A stretch of 64,000 nt of DNA from NCBI GenBank assembly GCA_034530575.1, contig JAVRCU010000042.1, positions 6,648 to 70,647 on the forward strand. The letters run 5' to 3'. Positions 53,451-63,437 of the stretch are shown here, piece by piece (position 1 is the first letter of the stretch; each line of letters begins with the position of its first letter). Below the pieces are notes generated by a model. It was given only the letters and a program-made list of their open reading frames with translations. It had not been told where the DNA came from and did no database searches. Made by a program: the position numbers and the translations under genes. This DNA comes from Aulosira sp. ZfuCHP01 (GTDB taxonomy: Bacteria > Cyanobacteriota > Cyanobacteriia > Cyanobacteriales > Nostocaceae).

Positions 53451-53557
53451 TTTCGTGAATTGGTATTACCCCGCAAGGAGACTGAAACAACTCAGCGAAT
53501 GTTTTCTCGAATCCAGCAGCAAAACTTATCCCGCAAGGGGACAAATATATCAATCGC
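53451..53557 (+). repeat. Two degenerate CRISPR repeat remnants (decayed trailer end of the array)
   Basis: The first is TTTCGTGAATTGGTATTACCCCGCAAGGAGACTGAAAC (53451-53488), which keeps ATTACCCCGCAAGG-GA-TGAAAC. After a 36-nt spacer-length gap comes CTTATCCCGCAAGGGGAC (around 53525), which keeps the hairpin core. Confidence 0.5.
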
Positions 53558-53617
53558 TGGCACAATTGAGAGATTTCAAATTAATGAAATGAACCGCCGA
53601 TAAACGGCAACAATTTG

Positions 53618-54448
53618 TTAATGCGCGGTTGAATTATGCAGCCAAACTTGAAACAGAGATTCTAAAATATTTTCCCTGGCTGAATTACTCAATTCAGGAT
53701 GTAACCACTTTTCAACTCTGAGAATGTGATGACCAAGTTTGGTGGGAATTGGCCCTATGACTTGTCCTGCTACAGCATCGGTAATAGCTTGGACAATTTC
53801 TGGTATCAATTCTACTAGCAAACACAAGCCAACAAAACCGCCATTTTCTAGAGAGAGTTGATCTTGAGAATACTCTACGGCTAGGGCAGCAAAAGAAGCA
53901 TTTTCTTTTTGAATTAAGTGGACAATTTTTAAGGCATCAGATAAGTCAGGTACTAAAATCTGAGATAGTATCACTTGTCGATAGCGATCGCGGTTTTTCA
54001 TATAATCAGCATCGACTTCCATGCCAAACAGATATTCTTTCAGCTTTTTGGTGAGCAGTTCAATTTTGATTCCCAAAGACCAATCTTCTACAGAGATGCG
54101 CTGCTGAGATAGCCAGTTGAGGGTTTCTGATGCTCCCAACAGCTTGTGTTCTAGACGAAATGCATCTCCGGCTGCTTGTAATTCTTCATTGGTAACTTTA
54201 ATCTTAAACTCCTCGCAAGCCCTTAAAACTAGAGTATCTCGTTCTGCTAAAGCAGCAATGTCAGCTATTTTGTGAACGCGACGCAGGTAAGCCAAAATTT
54301 CTGTATCTGTTGCTGGGGAAATTGATGAAGGTTTTGTCAGGCTTTCTAGCATTACTTTGTCCTGTGTAATTAATAGCAATTTGTATAAGGTAAAGGGCGG
54401 GGAAACTCCGCCCATAAAGCACATTCTTTTATTTGAAAAATTACTCAA
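53618..54448 (-). CDS. PpiC-type (parvulin) peptidyl-prolyl cis-trans isomerase
   Basis: The C-terminal GGFVGLCLL...AVAGQVIGPIPTKLGHHILRVEK matches the rotamase (PpiC) domain. The true start is probably an internal Met (MLESLTK), since the tracked start overlaps the upstream MFS gene by 8 nt. Confidence 0.7.
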   Translation of the reverse strand: MSNFSNKRMCFMGGVSPPFTLYKLLLITQDKVMLESLTKPSSISPATDTEILAYLRRVHKIADIAALAERDTLVLRACEEFKIKVTNEELQAAGDAFRLEHKLLGASETLNWLSQQRISVEDWSLGIKIELLTKKLKEYLFGMEVDADYMKNRDRYRQVILSQILVPDLSDALKIVHLIQKENASFAALAVEYSQDQLSLENGGFVGLCLLVELIPEIVQAITDAVAGQVIGPIPTKLGHHILRVEKWLHPELSNSARENILESLFQVWLHNSTAH

Positions 54449-55862
54449 TCTGCTCTCGCCGCTGTTTGAGTTTCAGCATCATTTCGGCGTGCATCTCCCG
54501 AGTAATTGGATAAAAATACGTTAAAAATAAACCAGCAATCAAACAAATTGTAGGTAAGGGGCCAACGGCTAGGCGGATAGCTAATAATGCTGATTCAGGT
54601 TGCGTGGGTAGTCCAGTTTGTCCGGCTACAGCTTCTTTAAAACCGTATGCTTGCAAAGCGTTTCCTACTAAAAATAAACCAAAAGCTAAACCAAATTTTT
54701 GCAGCAACACCATAAAGCCATAAAAAACTCCTTCGCGGCGTTGTCCTGTTTGAAGTTCATCTAATTCAATGACATCTGGAATCATCGACCAAGGAACTAG
54801 ATAAGCTGTAGACACTCCAAAACCTGCCATGACTGCCATGACATACATTAAACCTATTTGACCAGGTTGTAAGTAATAGAGTCCGGCGGCGGCGATTATC
54901 CATAAACTCATTCCCAGAAAATAAACAACTTTCTTACCAACTTTTTTACTTAAATTACTCCAGAAAAAAAGCATCAACAAAGCTGTGCCTTGGACTGCAA
55001 TCATGACTGTAGGGACATCTGCTTCTTGCAGGCGCATACAGTAAACAACAAAATAAGGAATAATGCTGGCGGTAATCTGTACGCCTAGCCAAGAACAAAG
55101 ATATATACCAATAACGAACAGAAAAGGTCGGTTACTAAAGGCAATTTTTATTTGTTCAATGAAGGGAAGAGATGGGGGTTCTTCTATTTGGATGCGTTTA
55201 GCCTCAAATGCCAAAATGCGATCGCGCGTACCATAAACGCACCAATACAACGACGCTACCGAAATTACAGTACAGATTGCTGCTAAGACTAAATATTGTT
55301 GTGTGCGATCGCTAATGAAGGAAAAGACGATTTTGGAAAAAATCAACGATAGAATACTGCCACCGATGGAAAAGGTAAAGCGAAAGCTGTTGAGGCTGGT
55401 ACGTTCGTCATAATCTTGCGTGAGTTCTGGTGTCATTGCCGTATAAGGCAAATTGACAACGGTGTAAAACACCTGAGATATCATCCCAATGACTACGTAA
55501 TACCAAAACAAACCCCAAACGCTCAAGGGCGGTACAATCCACTGCAAGAAAAAGAAAACTCCAAAGGGAATCGCGCCATATAATAGCCAAGGCAGACGAC
55601 GGCCCCAGCGACGAGATTTCGTTTTGTCAGTCAAAAAACCGACAAACGGATCGTTGACTGCATCCCAAATTTTACCAACCATCAAAATACTGCCAGCCAA
55701 ACCCGCCGGGATACCAGCGACATTCGTAAAGAAAACCAGCAGGAAAAATATCGAAATATTTGCCGTAATCGCCGGGCCTAAATCCCCTGCACCATAGGCT
55801 AGTTTGGTTTTAAATGGCAGTTTTTCACTTTGAACAGAACCATCAGCGGCAGAATCATTCAT
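54441..55862 (-). CDS. MFS transporter, glycoside-pentoside-hexuronide (GPH):cation symporter family
   Basis: The GPH signature DAVNDPFVGFLTDKTKSRRWGRRLPWLL (D-x-x-x-G...R-x-G-R-R-x-P) is present, along with 12 predicted transmembrane helices. Confidence 0.85.
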   Translation of the reverse strand: MNDSAADGSVQSEKLPFKTKLAYGAGDLGPAITANISIFFLLVFFTNVAGIPAGLAGSILMVGKIWDAVNDPFVGFLTDKTKSRRWGRRLPWLLYGAIPFGVFFFLQWIVPPLSVWGLFWYYVVIGMISQVFYTVVNLPYTAMTPELTQDYDERTSLNSFRFTFSIGGSILSLIFSKIVFSFISDRTQQYLVLAAICTVISVASLYWCVYGTRDRILAFEAKRIQIEEPPSLPFIEQIKIAFSNRPFLFVIGIYLCSWLGVQITASIIPYFVVYCMRLQEADVPTVMIAVQGTALLMLFFWSNLSKKVGKKVVYFLGMSLWIIAAAGLYYLQPGQIGLMYVMAVMAGFGVSTAYLVPWSMIPDVIELDELQTGQRREGVFYGFMVLLQKFGLAFGLFLVGNALQAYGFKEAVAGQTGLPTQPESALLAIRLAVGPLPTICLIAGLFLTYFYPITREMHAEMMLKLKQRREQIE

Positions 55863-55933
55863 AATATCTTGCGCTCATACTAAAATAGAGAGTTTGCATT
55901 TGCCTTCAGTATTAGCTAAAAATTACTTCCGTT

Positions 55934-56470
55934 ATGCCAGACCTTTACGTTTCTTGGTCAGATTATCACCAAAAAATTGAACAACTGGCTGCTCAGATTT
56001 ATCAATCGGGTTGGGAATTTAACCAGATTGTCTGTCTTGCCAGAGGCGGACTGCGAGTAGGAGATATTTTATCCCGTATATACCAGCAACCGCTGGCAAT
56101 TTTAGCAACATCATCTTACAGTGGACCAGGCAAGCAAGAAAGGGGTTCGTTAACCTTTTCTCGCCATTTAACCATGACCACTGAAACTTTAGGTTCCCAG
56201 GTTCTATTAGTCGATGACCTTGTAGATTCTGGAGTCACACTCAAAGAGACTATCCCTTGGCTACAGCAAAAGCCTGAGTTTGCGATCGCCGAAATTCGTA
56301 CTGCTGTACTTTGGTATAAAGCTTGCTCAGTTATAGAACCTGATTACTATGTTGACTACCTCTCAGATAACCCCTGGATTCACCAACCCTTTGAACCCTA
56401 TGAATACACTAACCCCGCTGAACTAGCAGCAAAGTTTAGCCAACACGGTGAAGCATCACCCGTCCTATGA
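55934..56470 (+). CDS. Phosphoribosyltransferase-domain protein (type I PRT, Xpt/Gpt-like)
   Basis: The PRPP-binding motif is VLLVDDLVDSGVTL. The preceding CLARGGLRVGDIL fits the PRT hood/loop. Confidence 0.7.
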   Translation: MPDLYVSWSDYHQKIEQLAAQIYQSGWEFNQIVCLARGGLRVGDILSRIYQQPLAILATSSYSGPGKQERGSLTFSRHLTMTTETLGSQVLLVDDLVDSGVTLKETIPWLQQKPEFAIAEIRTAVLWYKACSVIEPDYYVDYLSDNPWIHQPFEPYEYTNPAELAAKFSQHGEASPVL

Positions 56471-56572
56471 GTCAATTTTGGATTTTGGATTTTGGATTGG
56501 GAAATTCTCCAATGTCATTTGTCAAAAGCCAGGAATTTTCCCCCAATGCCCAATGCCCCATGCCCAATGCCC

Positions 56573-57502
56573 TTAAAACAACCATAGCCAAATTGGTAAT
56601 GTAACAAGTAATACTATTACCCCTGCTGCCAAGGCGGTTACAGCTAAGTCGCGATCGAGATTGAAGGTTTCGGCAATTACTAGAGTGGCAAACGCTGGCG
56701 GCATTGCCATTTCTAGGACAATTACCTGGGCGGCTGAACCAGTTACACCAAACAGTGGTAATGTACTGCCAATAACTAAGGGAACTACCAGCATTTTAAT
56801 TGCCAAGCTCATCCCTACTTGTGGTAAGCTTTTCCATGACTTTAACTGCGACAGTCTCATCCCAATTAACACTAGGGATAAAGCAACGGCAATCCAAGCC
56901 AATTTATCCAAACAAAATTCAACTATATAAGGGATTTTTACCTGTCTAAACAGTAAGCCAAAACCGAAACTCCACAGGGCAGGATTAATTAAGATTACCT
57001 GAGTTATCTGCCAATAATCGCTCACATTACGTCCGAAATTGGCTGCTAATGCCACTCCTAAGCCGTAAGCCCCAAAGAGTGAACCTAATAAATCATAGAA
57101 TAAAGCCCAAGCAAAGTACTTTTGTCCTACCATAGCTAGGATGATGGGAAAGCCAAGATAACCAGTATTACCCACCATTGCGGCTAAAAGCAAACTACCC
57201 TGAGTTGGTTTTTGGGGCCTGGTATTTGTTAAATAGGCTTGCCCTTGAATTGCCAACCAAGCCAATAATGCCCCTAGGAAAATGGCGAGGTAAGCGATCG
57301 CAGGTGCAATCCAAATATGTCCTGAAAGGTCAGCTTGGCGTACAAAAGCAATTATGCTAATCGGCCCTCCCACGTAGAAAAGAAACTGACCTAAACGTGA
57401 GGGAACTGTGCTTGGTAGCTTACGTCCCAGAAAGAATCCTAATAGGACTAATCCTACTAGCTTGACATATAGTTCTAAAAGATTGGTCAAGATTGCACCC
57501 AA
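56573..57502 (-). CDS. AEC-family (auxin efflux carrier / malate permease-like) membrane transporter
   Basis: The 309-aa protein has about 10 transmembrane helices in two homologous halves with the typical AEC topology. Confidence 0.75.
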   Translation of the reverse strand: MGAILTNLLELYVKLVGLVLLGFFLGRKLPSTVPSRLGQFLFYVGGPISIIAFVRQADLSGHIWIAPAIAYLAIFLGALLAWLAIQGQAYLTNTRPQKPTQGSLLLAAMVGNTGYLGFPIILAMVGQKYFAWALFYDLLGSLFGAYGLGVALAANFGRNVSDYWQITQVILINPALWSFGFGLLFRQVKIPYIVEFCLDKLAWIAVALSLVLIGMRLSQLKSWKSLPQVGMSLAIKMLVVPLVIGSTLPLFGVTGSAAQVIVLEMAMPPAFATLVIAETFNLDRDLAVTALAAGVIVLLVTLPIWLWLF

Positions 57503-57567
57503 AAATATAGAACTAAAATGCTACCGCTTGCGTTTATTTTTTTCCAGTCTACAATCTGTTATGGCTA

Positions 57568-58425
57568 TTGAAAAAAAGCAGGAGTGAATTCTTGAATAAG
57601 GCTGGGTTTTCTGGAGAACCGCAACACTCATCGGCTGCTTCTGGTGATGATATTCCAGCAGCTTTACGCGATACTCCCGACACAAAATCTAAGATGCGCA
57701 TGCAACCTCTAGTTTTTCTGATTGGCGGAGTATTGGCATTTGTCCTGCTTGCTGTCAGTAGTGGCTTTTTATTTTTCATCATTTCACCCAAAAAAACTGC
57801 TACTTCTCAACCTTCACCAATTAGTTCGCCATCACAGACACCAACATCTGATAGTTCTGTCACATCTCAAAATGAGAGCGATACTATATTGGGACATTTG
57901 GCATATACTGAAGCGCCAGAATCAGAGTTAGCAGTAGTTTCTCGCAGAGGGGGGATTAGAATGCGAAAAGCTGCTGCTGAAAAATTTCAAGAGATGGTAA
58001 AAGCAGCACGCAGAGACGGGGTAATTATAGTGCCAATTTCTGGCTTTCGTTCGGTGAAAGAGCAGGAGCAGTTATTTTTTACTGTGGGTGCGCAGCGTAA
58101 TCAAACTCCAGCGCAAAGAGCATCCCTGAGTGCGCCTCCTGGTCATAGCGAACATCACACAGGCTATGCTGTGGATGTGGGTGATGGAGCAGTACCAGCA
58201 ACTAATCTCCAAGCCAACTTTGACAATACCAAGGCTTATCAGTGGTTACAAGCAAATGCTGCCCGTTTTAGTTTTGAGATGTCCTTTCCTAAGGATAATG
58301 CTCAAGGTGTCAGTTATGAGCCTTGGCACTGGCGTTTTGTAGGCGATCGCGATAGCTTAGAAACTTTCTACAAAGCCAAAAATTTAAAACCTACTCCCAC
58401 TCCTACACCCCAATCAACGCCCTAG
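57568..58425 (+). CDS. D-alanyl-D-alanine carboxypeptidase, peptidase M15B (VanY-like)
   Basis: It has GFRSVKEQEQLF, SEHHTGYAVDVGD (SxHxxGxAxD) and EPWHWRF, which is the complete LAS/M15 motif set. There is an N-terminal transmembrane anchor. Confidence 0.8.
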   Translation: MKKSRSEFLNKAGFSGEPQHSSAASGDDIPAALRDTPDTKSKMRMQPLVFLIGGVLAFVLLAVSSGFLFFIISPKKTATSQPSPISSPSQTPTSDSSVTSQNESDTILGHLAYTEAPESELAVVSRRGGIRMRKAAAEKFQEMVKAARRDGVIIVPISGFRSVKEQEQLFFTVGAQRNQTPAQRASLSAPPGHSEHHTGYAVDVGDGAVPATNLQANFDNTKAYQWLQANAARFSFEMSFPKDNAQGVSYEPWHWRFVGDRDSLETFYKAKNLKPTPTPTPQSTP

Positions 58426-58552
58426 AACCGCTGCGCGGAATTCGTAATTTGTAATTACTTGTTTACAAGGGCTACAGACATTTCCAATGGGGGGTTTATT
58501 GAATAGAAAATATTTTGGTAAATATATTGCCAAATTAATTATAAAAATAAAT

Positions 58553-58590
58553 ACAGAGTAAAAATCTTGCTTTTTACTCTGTGTTTACCT
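58553..58590 (+). terminator. Intrinsic terminator after the VanY-like gene
   Basis: ACAGAGTAAAAA-TCTTGC-TTTTTACTCTGT is a perfect 12-bp stem followed by GTTTACC. Confidence 0.5.
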
Positions 58591-59409
58591 ATGTATCTGC
58601 ACCCTCAATATTTGTGATGCCCTTTACTTTCTATTTAATAATTTATCTCTAATTCTCAAAACTCTCATCTGTCTAACGGCTGGTTTAAATATATATAATA
58701 TTACATTAATTTTTTACCTTTTGGTAGTGGTTGAAACTGAGTAATAATCCCCAATCTTTAGAGAAAAATTTAGCACAAGTTAAAGTTTTGACATTGTAGA
58801 ATTTAATACTTTATATTAATTTAATATATACTTATTTAAGTAATAAAAATGTCATGTATTTATCATTAATTTCTCAGTGATTTATTGTAAAATCAATCTC
58901 AAATACTTATCAAACAAGGATTTTAAGTATAATTGAATTTCAAGCTCAGATAAAAAATTAAGAGCTTAATAGAATAGATTACTTAGAAGCGAATCGCACT
59001 AATAACTCAGCAATTTTTGTATAGGAAAACTGACAATTGGAAACAGAGAACAAAAATGTTGCACTTTCCCTGTTTTTTAACTCTCTAGAGATGCGATCTC
59101 CTAACATTCTCTTGAGATTGATTTATACCAATTCTCTATGAAGATGCGCTGACGTGCAAGAAATAAAAACGAACTACAAAGAAGGTAAAGATAGGAAGTA
59201 TAGAGATAATTTGGCGCAGCTTCACAAATAAACAGTATTCAACCTCAAGAGTATTAGTAACTTTAATTACTAGATAATAGGTTACTGTTACACCTTGTTA
59301 ACTCAAATAAAATTTATCTCTCAAGATAGTACAAACTCATCAGCATAGCTAGCAATCTTAAAAAGACATAGTAACTAAATATACTTATTGTGTCTGAGAG
59401 GAAGCAATC

Positions 59410-59934
59410 ATGGCTCTGTTAATATTTCGGTTCGTGACGCTGATCCTTATTGCCCTCAGCATGGGAATGGCGTTCTGTCATACATTAGAACTGCCCGCCA
59501 AGATGCAATACGACGGGGCGCTGTATGTCAGAATCCAGAATTCGCTGTATGTAGCTTTTGGGCCGCCTAACATTGGTGCATTTATTGAAGTGGCTGCGGT
59601 TGTAGCCGCGTTCGTCCTAACAATTCTAGTTCGCAAACGGCGACCAGCTTTCCCACTAACATTGGTTGGCACAATATTTTTATTGTTGGCTTTCCCTGTA
59701 GTCTTTTTCTTGTTTACTGAGCCAGCAAATACCGTATTGAGGCAAGCGACACCGCAATCATTACCAGCAAACTGGTTACAGCTACGCAGTCAATGGGAGT
59801 ATTCCCATGCAGCACGCTTCTTTCTGCAATTGATTGGTTTTAGTTTATTGCTGCTTTCTGTTTTGCGGGAGACTCCGACAAATAACGCACGCGATCGCCT
59901 CACCTCGGAGGAGATACAGCTAACTAGACATTAG
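59410..59934 (+). CDS. Hypothetical integral membrane protein (possibly DUF1772-like)
   Basis: It has four predicted transmembrane helices. An AAGGAAG ribosome-binding site lies upstream. No catalytic motif was seen. Confidence 0.5.
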   Translation: MALLIFRFVTLILIALSMGMAFCHTLELPAKMQYDGALYVRIQNSLYVAFGPPNIGAFIEVAAVVAAFVLTILVRKRRPAFPLTLVGTIFLLLAFPVVFFLFTEPANTVLRQATPQSLPANWLQLRSQWEYSHAARFFLQLIGFSLLLLSVLRETPTNNARDRLTSEEIQLTRH

Positions 59935-60920
59935 ATTTCTGCTAAATTCTTTCGCCATCGCTTCACCGCCGCTTGCAATTCCTCCGACAACCAATAATCA
60001 AACTGTGGATAAACAGGTAATCGCGGCACTAATTCCCACCCCGCAGGCTGTAAAATGTCTCTCAACGCCTGCTCTTGAACGTGGGGATAATCAGGATTCA
60101 CTTCATCTTTTGGCCCAATTCCGCCTAAATCTCTCGCACCAGCTGCTAAACAAGCAAGCAACCATTGCTCATCTTTGACTAAATTCGGTGGAATTTGGAT
60201 TGTAATATCTAAGGGTAAAATCTGACGTGCCTTAGCAATTACTTCTGGTAATTGATGGGGGTCAAAAGGTGGTGCATCAAAGCTTTGCTGATTTCCTGGG
60301 CTATGGGGTTGTAAGATAACTTCTTGAATATGATGGTAACGTTGATGTAGTTGAGATATGGCTGCTAAGGTTTCCCAGCAATCATCCATTGTTTCCCCAA
60401 TTCCTAATAGTAAACCTGTGGTAAAGGGTATCTGTAATTCTCCTGCCCATTCTAATTGCCGTAACCGTACTTCTGGTAATTTACTTGGTGCGTGTTGATG
60501 CACGGTATTTAATAATTTTGGGGTTAATTGCTCTAACATTAACCCCATTGACACATTAATATTTTTCAGCTTTTGCATCTCCGTAAAACTCAACGGGCCT
60601 GCGTTAGTGTGGGGGAGAAAGCCCATTGCAAATGCTAATTTGCACAAGTCATAAATCCGTTGAAACCACTCCTCACGCTTTGGTGAATTAGGATGTACTT
60701 CGCCACTAAGAAGGAGAATTTCACAAATATTTTCGCTTTGAAGTTTTTTTAAAATGCTTTCGGCTGCTGATAGACTCAGCCAGGGACTTTTACCTGGGTC
60801 GGTGCGAAAGTTGCAGTAAGTACAGCGATTAAAGCATTCATAAGTCGGGACAATTGTATAAGCTGGGCTATAAGTAACAATTCGAGAATTATCAATTGGC
60901 ATAGAGCAAGAGAGTAGCAA
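59931..60920 (-). CDS. cofG: Radical SAM enzyme of the CofG/CofH/MqnC family, probably FO synthase subunit CofG
   Basis: The radical-SAM cluster motif CFNRCTYCNF is present. The length (about 320 aa) and the overall N-terminal pattern fit 7,8-didemethyl-8-hydroxy-5-deazariboflavin synthase subunit 1, but the assignment within the family is tentative. Confidence 0.55.
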   Translation of the reverse strand: MLLSCSMPIDNSRIVTYSPAYTIVPTYECFNRCTYCNFRTDPGKSPWLSLSAAESILKKLQSENICEILLLSGEVHPNSPKREEWFQRIYDLCKLAFAMGFLPHTNAGPLSFTEMQKLKNINVSMGLMLEQLTPKLLNTVHQHAPSKLPEVRLRQLEWAGELQIPFTTGLLLGIGETMDDCWETLAAISQLHQRYHHIQEVILQPHSPGNQQSFDAPPFDPHQLPEVIAKARQILPLDITIQIPPNLVKDEQWLLACLAAGARDLGGIGPKDEVNPDYPHVQEQALRDILQPAGWELVPRLPVYPQFDYWLSEELQAAVKRWRKNLAEI

Positions 60921-61047
60921 AAATTAAATTATCCAATTTTTACCTAGTACATTAATGAAGTGTAACTCACAATCTTCATTTACAGATTTAGATACCCGAC
61001 TTTTTGAAGAAGTCGGGTATCTGGGCAGATGCTTTCGCAGTTTTTAT

Positions 61048-61752
61048 CTAAGCGAATTTGTATTCATTCATATTGTTTTTTTCTTGTTGTTTAGCATAAA
61101 TATTCTTGAGGTGTTTTTTAACTGTGTTGATAGTAATGTAAAGCTGATTGGCGATTTCTCTATAAGAAAGGTTAGCTCGACGTAGCTGCCAAACTTCTAT
61201 TTCACGGTCTGTTAAATTGTATTTTTTGGCATCTGCGATCGCAATACTTTGGCTATACTGATTGCAATCCTCTACAGTTACTAATAAAAAATTATGTTTA
61301 CTCGCACATAGCTGTAACCATCTAGCCCGCAGACGGAATTTAACTGTGGGTTTTGGTTCAATTTCAGATTCAATAATTATTTTCTCATCTGGAAATAACT
61401 CGCGACTCTCAATTAAAGATTGACAAACACGCCAGATTTCCTCCGGTACTGCATTACTGGCAGTTTCTTCTGGCATTAATTGGCGACAAATAGAACGAGC
61501 AAACTCATTTGTATGAATTAACTGACCTTCAGTTGTTAGTATAAAGATGCCGTCAACAAAGCTTTCAATAATAGCTTGTAGTAAATCAACTTTTGGTACA
61601 GGTTGCAAGTTATCATCTTTGGCAAGTTGTTTGCAAAATTTATCTCCTGGGGTAGCTGCAAAATTTAAGTGATTTTCGTCATTTGGAAATAACATTGTCG
61701 ATTTACTCCAAAACTCAGCGTTAAAGTCAAACAGGGATACCTGTGATATCAA
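61048..61752 (-). CDS. PAS-domain LuxR-family transcriptional regulator
   Basis: There is a C-terminal LuxR-type HTH (LTDREIEVWQLRRANLSYREIANQLYITINTVKKHLKNIYAK) and an N-terminal PAS-like domain. Confidence 0.8.
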   Translation of the reverse strand: MISQVSLFDFNAEFWSKSTMLFPNDENHLNFAATPGDKFCKQLAKDDNLQPVPKVDLLQAIIESFVDGIFILTTEGQLIHTNEFARSICRQLMPEETASNAVPEEIWRVCQSLIESRELFPDEKIIIESEIEPKPTVKFRLRARWLQLCASKHNFLLVTVEDCNQYSQSIAIADAKKYNLTDREIEVWQLRRANLSYREIANQLYITINTVKKHLKNIYAKQQEKNNMNEYKFA

Positions 61753-61960
61753 GCAGGTGATTAGCTGAATTTTGATTGTCGAGATTCTGTTTATGCAATG
61801 AGTAAGCTGTAAGTACAGTAATGCTGTTGTGGTAAAACCTTGTGCGTTGAAGTTTGCGTAATTTGCCTGAAGCAGTGTGAAGTTTTTATAAAGTACAGCA
61901 AAATGTTCGGTTCAAGCTGCTGATGCTGCACAAGTTGGGAACAGTCAGGAGTCTTGCTAT

Positions 61961-62995
61961 ATGATAAATCCACAGAGTATTGACCAATGGTTTCCTGTTG
62001 AGCAACAGCGTAAATACGTTTCGCAGTTACAAGGGAGAGTGGGGATAACACGCCGTCGGGCAGAATATTTTGTCAAGCTGTGGGCTTATTTACTAGTCAA
62101 ACAACGCCAAGAATTAGGCCAGCGTTTAAAGCAACCTTTAACAGCACTGGATTTACCCGATGGGTTTGTTCCTTGTACCCATCGAGAAGCACAAGAAGTT
62201 TTTTATGGTGAAAACGACCGGGGGAGCGATCGCTCGGCGGGTATGATGATTGATAAGCTCGTAGCTTTAGGGCTAATTGAAAAAGACTTTGATGGTAATA
62301 CTACCTGCATTCGCATTCGGTCTTTATTATCCAATCCCCAAGACTCTACCCCAGCTAAAGCCGCAATCAAGTTTTTCACTGACGACTTTAACCCCCGCAC
62401 TGACGCCATCCCAGTTGCGAGTTTTTTAGCCCGCAACTACAACTGGATGAACAAAAAAGCCACTGCTTTACCCCACAGAATTGTCAGAATACTACGTGGC
62501 TGGGCGGAACAATATCCTACCGGGATGCGGGTACTACGTCGCAGCGATACTCAAGATGCTGTAGGTTTTTATATCCTGTATCCGGTGGCGACAGAATATG
62601 AAGCGAATTTCTTTCTCCCGCCACGCAATAGTCTGCACCTGAGTGCAACTTGGGACGATGACCCATTTCAAATTGCTCAGATAGGCGATCGCAATTGTAC
62701 TTCGATTTTTGTCCGCAGTTGGCAAATCGATTTACCTTACAAGCAGTTAATTAACGTCTGTGAATTCTTACAGGATGTGCAAAAAACATTAGTTCGCATC
62801 CAAGCTGATTTTCCTAACCTTTGCGATATCTATAGCCTAGTCATCCATCCAACTGATGAACAATTAGTATCAGCATTAGGCTTTCACAAAACCAACCAAG
62901 ACCCACAACTCTCTCTCAATTGGATGTATCTGCCACTAGATAAATATTTAAGCTTGGATATTGAGCAAGCAGTGTCAGGACTACGATTTGAATAA
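61961..62995 (+). CDS. Hypothetical protein (344 aa)
   Basis: It is transcribed divergently from the PAS-LuxR regulator. No conserved motif was recognised. Confidence 0.45.
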   Translation: MINPQSIDQWFPVEQQRKYVSQLQGRVGITRRRAEYFVKLWAYLLVKQRQELGQRLKQPLTALDLPDGFVPCTHREAQEVFYGENDRGSDRSAGMMIDKLVALGLIEKDFDGNTTCIRIRSLLSNPQDSTPAKAAIKFFTDDFNPRTDAIPVASFLARNYNWMNKKATALPHRIVRILRGWAEQYPTGMRVLRRSDTQDAVGFYILYPVATEYEANFFLPPRNSLHLSATWDDDPFQIAQIGDRNCTSIFVRSWQIDLPYKQLINVCEFLQDVQKTLVRIQADFPNLCDIYSLVIHPTDEQLVSALGFHKTNQDPQLSLNWMYLPLDKYLSLDIEQAVSGLRFE

Positions 62996-63437
62996 AAGGA
63001 ACCATAGATGAACACAGATAAACACCGATATTTATCTGTGGTTTGATATCAAAAACATCCACTGATATAATCCCTCTTTTGTTACTTTCAGCAGAGAATA
63101 ATCCCTAAGTCTTATTATTGGGTTATTTATCAACAAGCTAAGTTAAATGAGAAAATGATCATGCGATCGCTCAATTGATGATTTTGTCTAAGGTTCAGAT
63201 TGGGTAGAGTATTATTCTCTCCCCGTAGTGATAAAAGAGGGATAATACCAATTCATGAAAATCCTGATACAGATAGATTTTTCGTAGAGGTTTAGCAATG
63301 CTAAACCCTCTACCCACGTATTTGTATCATTATTAAACTGAAATGGTATAAGAGGATGTTTTAAAAGTCTTTTAAAAAGAGTAAGGGCACAACAATGTTG
63401 CACCCCCACCATGTTCTGTATTCAAAAAAAACCGCTA

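Noticed and set aside
49068-53617. cas genes adjacent to the CRISPR array
   Set aside because: The flanking ORFs are a GT4 glycosyltransferase, a DUF1517 protein, a PPIase and an MFS transporter. None resemble Cas proteins, so the array is orphan within this window.
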